Part shown: positions 56,173-64,000 of the stretch, in pieces
How the letters are laid out: the number at the start of each line of letters is the position of its first letter
Position numbering within the stretch: position 1 is the first letter of the stretch
The notes under the pieces: generated by a model
Seen by the model: only the letters and a program-made list of their open reading frames with translations
The model's database searches: none
Told to the model about the DNA's origin: nothing
Translations under genes and position numbers: made by a program
Assembly: GCA_964247055.1 (NCBI GenBank)
Contig: OZ176052.1
Span: 13,764,001 to 13,828,000, forward strand
Source of the DNA: Paragordius varius
Lineage: Eukaryota > Animalia > Nematomorpha
Direction of reading: 5' to 3'
DNA: 64,000 nucleotides

Positions 56173-58210
56173 TATTTGGGGTGATGATGGAACTACTATA
56201 GGGCTACCCAAAAAAAATTATGGCGACATCACCTGATCAAATTTGGATTTTAGGTAGCCATTTTTATTTTTAAAATCGTATAAAATAAATTTTTTAAATA
56301 TTTAAAAAATTCATAAAAATTACATTTATAGTCCGATCCCCAAAATATTTGGGGTGATGATGGAACTACTATAGGGCTCCCCAAAAAAAATTATGGCGAC
56401 ATCACCTGATCAAATTTGGATTTTAGGTAGCCATTTTTATTTTTAAAATCGTATAAAATATATTTTTTAAATATTTAAAAAATTCATAAAAATTACATTT
56501 ATAGTCCGATCCCCAAAGTATTCGGGGTGATGATGGAACTACCATAGGGCTACCCAAAAAAAATTATGGCGACATCACCTGATCAAATTTGGATTTTAGG
56601 TAGCCATTTTTATTTTTAAAATCGTTTAAAATAAATTTTTTAAATATTTAAAAAATTCATAAAAATTACATTTATACTCCGATCTCGAAAATATTTGGGG
56701 TGATGATGGAACTACCATAGAGCTACCCCAAAAAAATTATAGTGACATCACCTGATCAAATTTGGATTTTAGGTAGCCATTTTTATTTTTAAAATCGTAT
56801 AAAATAATTTTTTTAAATATTTAAAAAATCCATAAAAATTACATTTATAGTCCGATCCCCAAAATATTTGGGGTGATGATGGAACTACCATAGGGCTACC
56901 CAAAAAAAATTATGGCGACATCACCTGATCAAATTTGGATTTTAAGTAGCCATTTTTATTTTTAAAATCGTATAAAATAAATTTTTTAAATATTTAAAAA
57001 ATTCATAAAAATTACATTTATAGTCCGATCCCCAAAATATTTGGGGTGATGATGGAACTACCATAGGGCTCGCAAAAAAAATTATGGTGACATCACCTGA
57101 TCAAATATGGATTTTTGGTAGCCATTTTTATTTTTAAAATCGTATAAAATAAATTTTTTAAATATTTAAAAAATTCATAAAAATTACATTTATAGTCCGA
57201 TCCCCAAAATATTTGGGGTGATGATGGAACTACTATAGGGCTACCCAAAAAAAATTATGGCGACATCACCTGATCAAATTTGGATTTTAGGTAGCCATTT
57301 TTATTTTTAAAATCGTATAAAATAAATTTTTTAAATATTTAAAAAATTCATAAAAATTACATTTATAGTCCGATCCCCAAAATATTTGGGGTGATGATGG
57401 AACTACTATAGGGCTCCCCAAAAAAAATTATGGCGACATCACCTGATCAAATTTGGATTTTAGGTAGCCATTTTTATTTTTAAAATCGTATAAAATATAT
57501 TTTTTAAATATTTAAAAAATTCATAAAAATTACATTTATAGTCCGATCCCCAAAGTATTCGGGGTGATGATGGAACTACCATAGGGCTACCCAAAAAAAA
57601 TTATGGCGACATCACCTGATCAAATTTGGATTTTAGGTAGCCATTTTTATTTTTAAAATCGTTTAAAATAAATTTTTTAAATATTTAAAAAATTCATAAA
57701 AATTACATTTATACTCCGATCTCGAAAATATTTGGGGTGATGATGGAACTACCATAGAGCTACCCCAAAAAAATTATAGTGACATCACCTGATCAAATTT
57801 GGATTTTAGGTAGCCATTTTTATTTTTAAAATCGTATAAAATAAATTTTTTAAATATTTAAAAAATTCATAAAAATTACATTTATAGTCCGATCCCCAAA
57901 ATATTTGGGGTGATGATGGAACTACCATAGGGCTACCCAAAAAAAATTATGGCGATATCACCTGATCAAATTTGGATTTTAAGTAGCCATTTTTATTTTT
58001 AAAATCGTATAAAATAAATTTTTTAAATATTTAAAAAATTCATAAAAATTACATTTATAGTCCGATCCCCATATTTGGGGTGATGATGGAACTACCATAG
58101 GGCTACGCAAAAAAAATTATGGTGACATCACCTGATCAAATTTGGATTTTTGGTAGCCATTTTTATTTTTAAAATCGTATAAAATAAATTTTTTAAATAT
58201 TTAAAAAATT
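56173..58210. repeat. Tandem 6-monomer higher-order repeat (period 1037 bp)
   Basis: GAGCTACCCC at 56720 and 57757. TTTTAAGTAGC, AAAATATATTTT, GGGCTCCCC and TTTTTGGTAGCC each occur once per unit. Confidence 0.9.
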
Positions 58211-59272
58211 CAAAAAAATTACATTTATACTCCGATCTCGACAATATTTGGGGTGATGATGGAACTACCATAGGGCTACCCAAAAAAAATTATGGTGACA
58301 TCACCTGATCAAATTTGGATTTTAGGTAGCCATTTTTATTTTTAAAATCGTATAAAATAAATTTTTTAAATATTTAAAAAATTCATAAAAATTACATTTA
58401 TAGTCCGATCCCCAAAATATTTGTAGTGATGATGGAACTACCATAGGGCTACGCAAATAAAATTATGGTGACATCACCTGATCAAATTTGGATTTTAGGT
58501 AGCCATTTTTATTTTTAAAATCGTATAAAATAAATTTTTTAAATATTCATAAAAATTACATTTATAGTCCGATCCCCAAAATATTTGTGGTGATGATGGA
58601 ACTACCATAGGTCTACGCAAAAAAAATTATGGCGACATCATTTGATCAAATTTGGATTTTAGGTAGCCATTTTTATTTTTAAAATCGTATAAAATAAATT
58701 TTTTAAATATTTAAAAAATTCATAAAAATTACATTTATACTCCGATCTCGAAAATATTTGGGGTGATTATGGAACTACCATAGGGCTACCCAAAAAAAAT
58801 TATGGTGACATCACCTGATCAAATTTGGATTTTAGGTAGCCATTTTTATTTTTAAAATCGTATAAAATAAATTTTTTAAATATTTAAAAAATTCATAAAA
58901 ATTACATTTATAGTCCGATCCCCAAAATATTTGGGGTGATGATGGAACTTCCATAGGGCTACCCAAAAATAATTATGGCGACATCACCTGATCAAATTTG
59001 GATTTTAGGTAGCCATTTTTATTTTTAAAATCGTATAAAATAAATTTTTTAAATATTTAAAAAATTCATAAAAATTACATTTATAGTCCGATCCCCAAAG
59101 TATTTGGGGTGATGATGGAACTACCATAGGGCTACCCAAAAAAATTATAGTGACATCACCTGATCAAATTTGGATTTTAGGTAGCCATTTTTATTTTTAA
59201 AATCGTATAAAATAAATTTTTTAAATATTTAAAAAATTCATAAAAATTACATTTATAGTCCGATCCCCAAAA

Positions 59273-62200
59273 TATTTGGGGTGATGATGGAACTACTATA
59301 GGGCTACCCAAAAAAAATTATGGCGACATCACCTGATCAAATTTGGATTTTAGGTAGCCATTTTTATTTTTAAAATCGTATAAAATAAATTTTTTAAATA
59401 TTTAAAAAATTCATAAAAATTACATTTATGGTCCGATCCCCAAAATATTTGGGGTGATGATGGAACTACTATAGGGCTCCCCAAAAAAAATTATGGCGAC
59501 ATCACCTGATCAAATTTGGATTTTAGGTAGCCATTTTTATTTTTAAAATCGTATAAAATAAATTTTTTAAATATTTAAAAAATTCAAAAAAATTACATTT
59601 ATACTCCGATCTCGACAATATTTGGGGTGATGATGGAACTACCATAGGGCTACCCAAAAAAAATTATGGTGACATCACCTGATCAAATTTGGATTTTAGG
59701 TAGCCATTTTTATTTTTAAAATCGTATAAAATAAATTTTTTAAATATTTAAAAAATTCATAAAAATTACATTTATACTCCGATCCCCAAAATATTTGGGG
59801 TGATGATGGAACTACCATATGGCTACCCAAAAAATTATAGTGACATCACCTGATCAAATTTGGATTTTAGGTAGCCATTTTTATTTTTAAAATCGTATAA
59901 AATAAATTTTTTAAATATTTAAAAAATTCATAAAAATTACATTTATACTCCGATCTCGAAAATATTTGGGGTGATGATGGAACTACCATAGGGCTACCCA
60001 AAAAAAATTATGGTGACATCACCTGATCAAATTTGGATTTTAGGTAGCCATTTTTATTTTTAAAATCGTATAAAATAAATTTTTTAAATATTTAAAAAAT
60101 TCATAAAAATTACATTTATACTCCGATCCCCAAAATATTTGGGGTGATGATGGAACTTCCATAGGGCTACCCAAAAATAATTATGGCGACATCACCTGAT
60201 CAAATTTGGATTTTAGGTAGCCATTTTTATTTTTGAAATCGTATAAAATAAATTTTTTAAATATTTAAAAAATTCATAAAAATTACATTTATAGTCCGAT
60301 CCCCAAAGTATTTGGGGTGATGATGGAACTACCATAGGGCTACCCAAAAAAATTATAGTGACATCACCTGATCAAATTTGGATTTTAGGTAGCCATTTTT
60401 ATTTTTAAAATCGTATAAAATAAATTTTTTAAATATTTAAAAAATTCATAAAAATTACATTTATAGTCCGATCCCCAAAATATTTGGGGTGATGATGGAA
60501 CTACTATAGGGCTACCCAAAAAAAATTATGGCGACATCACCTGATCAAATTTGGATTTTAGGTAGCCATTTTTATTTTTAAAATCGTATAAAATAAATTT
60601 TTTAAATATTTAAAAAATTCATAAAAATTACATTTATGGTCCGATCCCCAAAATATTTGGGGTGATGATGGAACTACTATAGGGCTCCCCAAAAAAAATT
60701 ATGGCGACATCACCTGATCAAATTTGGATTTTAGGTAGCCATTTTTATTTTTAAAATCGTATAAAATAAATTTTTTAAATATTTAAAAAATTCAAAAAAA
60801 TTACATTTATACTCCGATCTCGACAATATTTGGGGTGATGATGGAACTACCATAGGGCTACCCAAAAAAAATTATGGTGACATCACCTGATCAAATTTGG
60901 ATTTTAGGTAGCCATTTTTATTTTTAAAATCGTATAAAATAAATTTTTTAAATATTTAAAAAATTCATAAAAATTACATTTATACTCCGATCCCCAAAAT
61001 ATTTGGGGTGATGATGGAACTACCATATGGCTACCCAAAAAAATTATAGTGACATCACCTGATCAAATTTGGATTTTAGGTAGCCATTTATATTTTTAAA
61101 ATCGTATAAAATAAATTTTTTAAATATTTAAAAAATTCATAAAAATTACATTTATACTCCGATCTCGAAAATATTTGGGGTGATGATGGAACTACCATAG
61201 GGCTACCCAAAAAAAATTATGGTGACATCACCTGATCAAATTTGGATTTTAGGTAGCCATTTTTATTTTTAAAATCGTATAAAATAAATTTTTTAAATAT
61301 TTAAAAAATTCATAAAAATTACATTTATAGTCCGATCCCCAAAATATTTGGGGTGATGATGGAACTACCATAGGGCTACCCAAAAAAAATTATGGCGACA
61401 TCACCTGATCAAATTTGGATTTTAGGTAGCCATTTTTATTTTTAAAATCGTATAAAATAAATTTTTTAAATATTTAAAAAATTCATAAAAATTACATTTA
61501 TAGTCCGATCCCCAAAATATTTGGGGTGATGATGGAACTACCATAGGGCTACCCAAAAAAATTATAGTGACATCACCTGATCAAATTTGGATTTTAGGTA
61601 GCCATTTTTATTTTTAAAATCGTATAAAATAAATTTTTTAAATATTTAAAAAATTCATAAAAATTACATTTATACTCCGATCTCGAAAATATTTGGGGTG
61701 ATGATGGAACTACCATAGGGCTACCCAAAAAAAATTATGGTGACATCACCTGATCAAATTTGGATTTTAGGTAGCCATTTTTATTTTTAAAATCGTATAA
61801 AATAAATTTTTTAAATATTTAAAAAATTTATAAATATTACATTTATAGTCCGATCCCCAAAATATTTGGGGTGATGATGGAACTACCATAGGGCTACCCA
61901 AAAAAAATTATGGCGACATCACCTGATCAAATTTGGATTTTAGGTAGCCATTTTTATTTTTAAAATCGTATAAAATAAATTTTTTAAATATTTAAAAAAT
62001 TCAAAAAAATTACATTTATACTCCGATCTCGACAATATTTGGGGTGATGATGGAACTACCATAGGGCTACCCAAAAAAAATTATGGCGACATCACCTGAT
62101 CAAATTTGGATTTTAGGTAGCCATTTTTATTTTTAAAATCGTATAAAATAAATTTTTTAAATATTTAAAAAATTCATAAAAATTACATTTATGGTCCGAT

Positions 62201-62883
62201 CCCCAAAATATTTGGGGTGATGATGGAACTACTATAGGGCTCCCCAAAAAAAATTATGGCGACATCACCTGATCAAATTTGGATTTTAGGTAGCCATTTT
62301 TATTTTTAAAATCGTATAAAATAAATTTTTTAAATATTTAAAAAATTCAAAAAAATTACATTTATACTCCGATCTCGACAATATTTGGGGTGATGATGGA
62401 ACTACCATAGGGCTACCCAAAAAAAATTATGGTGACATCACCTGATCAAATTTGGATTTTAGGTAGCCATTTTTATTTTTAAAATCGTATAAAATAAATT
62501 TTTTAAATATTTAAAAAATTCATAAAAATTACATTTATACTCCGATCCCCAAAATATTTGGGGTGATGATGGAACTACCATATGGCTACCCAAAAAATTA
62601 TAGTGACATCACCTGATCAAATTTGGATTTTAGGTAGCCATTTTTATTTTTAAAATCGTATAAAATAAATTTTTTAAATATTTAAAAAATTCATAAAAAT
62701 TACATTTATACTCCGATCTCGAAAATATTTGGGGTGATGATGGAACTACCATAGGGCTACCCAAAAAAAATTATGGTGACATCACCTGATCAAATTTGGA
62801 TTTTAGGTAGCCATTTTTATTTTTAAAATCGTATAAAATAAATTTTTTAAATATTTAAAAAATTCATAAAAATTACATTTATG
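59273..62883. repeat. 3.6-kb block duplicated from 40465-44075, copy 2
   Basis: Same markers at a constant offset. It is preceded by 58428-59270, which matches 39102-39940 at offset 19326. Confidence 0.92.
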
Positions 62884-64000
62884 GTCCGATCCCCAAAATA
62901 TTTGGGGTGATGATGGAACTACTATAGGGCTCCCCAAAAAAAATTATGGCGACATCACCTGATCAAATTTGGATTTTAGGTAGCCATTTTTATTTTTAAA
63001 ATCGTATAAAATAAATTTTTTAAATATTTAAAAAATTCATAAAAATTACATTTATACTCCGATCTCGAAAATATTTGGGGTGATGATGGAACTACCATAG
63101 GGCTACCCAAAAAAATTATGGTGACATCACCTGATCAAATTTGGATTTTAGGTAGCCATTTTTATTTTTAAAATCGTATAAAATAAATTTTTTAAATATT
63201 TAAAAAATTCATAAAAATTACATTTATAGTCCGATCCCCAAAATATTTGGGGTGATGATGGAACTACCATATAGCTACCCAAAAAAAATTATGGCGACAT
63301 CACCTGATCAAATTTGGATTTTAGGTAGCCATTTTTATTTTTAAAATCGTATAAAATAAATTTTTTAAATATTTAAAAAATTCATAAAAATTACATTTAT
63401 AGTCCGATCCCCAAAATATTTGGGGTGATGATGGAACTACCATAGGGCTACCCAAAAAAATTATAGTGACATCACCTGATCAAATTTGGATTTTAGGTAG
63501 CCATTTTTATTTTTAAAATCGTATAAAATAAATTTTTTAAATATTTAAAAAATTCATAAAAATTACATTTATACTCCGATCTCGAAAATATTTGGGGTGA
63601 TGATGGAACTACCATAGGGCTACCCAAAAAAAATTATGGTGACATCACCTGATCAAATTTGGATTTTAGGTAGCCATTTTTATTTTTAAAATCGTATAAA
63701 ATAAATTTTTTAAATATTTAAAAAATTTATAAATATTACATTTATAGTCCGATCCCCAAAATATTTGGGGTGATGATGGAACTACCATAGGGCTACCCAA
63801 AAAAAATTATGGCGACATCACCTGATCAAATTTGGATTTTAGGTAGCCATTTTTATTTTTAAAATCGTATAAAATAAATTTTTTAAATATTTAAAAAATT
63901 CAAAAAAATTACATTTATACTCCGATCTCGACAATATTTGGGGTGATGATGGAACTACCATAGGGCTACCCAAAAAAAATTATAGTGACATCACCTGATC

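Larger units (their letters stand above)
1..64000. repeat. Tandem satellite DNA array, 172-173 bp monomer, about 370 copies, single orientation
   Basis: TATTTGGGGTGATGATGGAACTACC recurs every 172-173 bp from position 4 to the end. The length difference comes mostly from an A7 or A8 run after GCTACCC. No non-repeat interruption was seen. The family is not recognised. Confidence 0.99.

Noticed and set aside
1-64000. CRISPR array
   Set aside because: The entire 173-bp unit is repeated. There are no unique spacers and no cas genes.
1-64000. Assignment to a named roughly 172-bp insect satellite family
   Set aside because: Length alone is compatible, but I cannot verify the consensus from memory. 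A database search is needed.
1-64000. Inversion or strand switch, or an embedded transposon
   Set aside because: Every monomer read is in the same orientation and no foreign segment was seen.

Overview
The whole 64 kb window is one uninterrupted head-to-tail satellite DNA array of about 370 monomers of 172-173 bp, all in the same orientation and about 26% GC. Consensus read from the sequence: TATTTGGGGTGATGATGGAACTACCATAGGGCTACCCAAAAAAAATTATGGTGACATCACCTGATCAAATTTGGATTTTAGGTAGCCATTTTTATTTTTAAAATCGTATAAAATAAATTTTTTAAATATTTAAAAAATTCATAAAAATTACATTTATACTCCGATCTCGAAAA. I found no CDS, RNA gene, transposon, CRISPR array or inversion. I cannot assign the family or species from memory; nucleosome-scale length and homogeneity suggest a eukaryotic (peri)centromeric or heterochromatic satellite (inference). 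The information lies in rare variants used as barcodes. They show (i) a dyad-rich monomer with a perfect 24-bp palindrome, in which several variants perfect the inverted repeats and recurrent deletions hit the palindrome centre; (ii) nested higher-order duplications of 2, 6, 7, 8, 14, 16 and 21 monomers; (iii) long-range duplications at about 18.3-21.2 kb offset, including a 13.6 kb collinear block; and (iv) two alternating variant domains (A-B-A-B) joined by the same indel-bearing monomer. Coordinates were counted by eye, and block boundaries are accurate to about one monomer.
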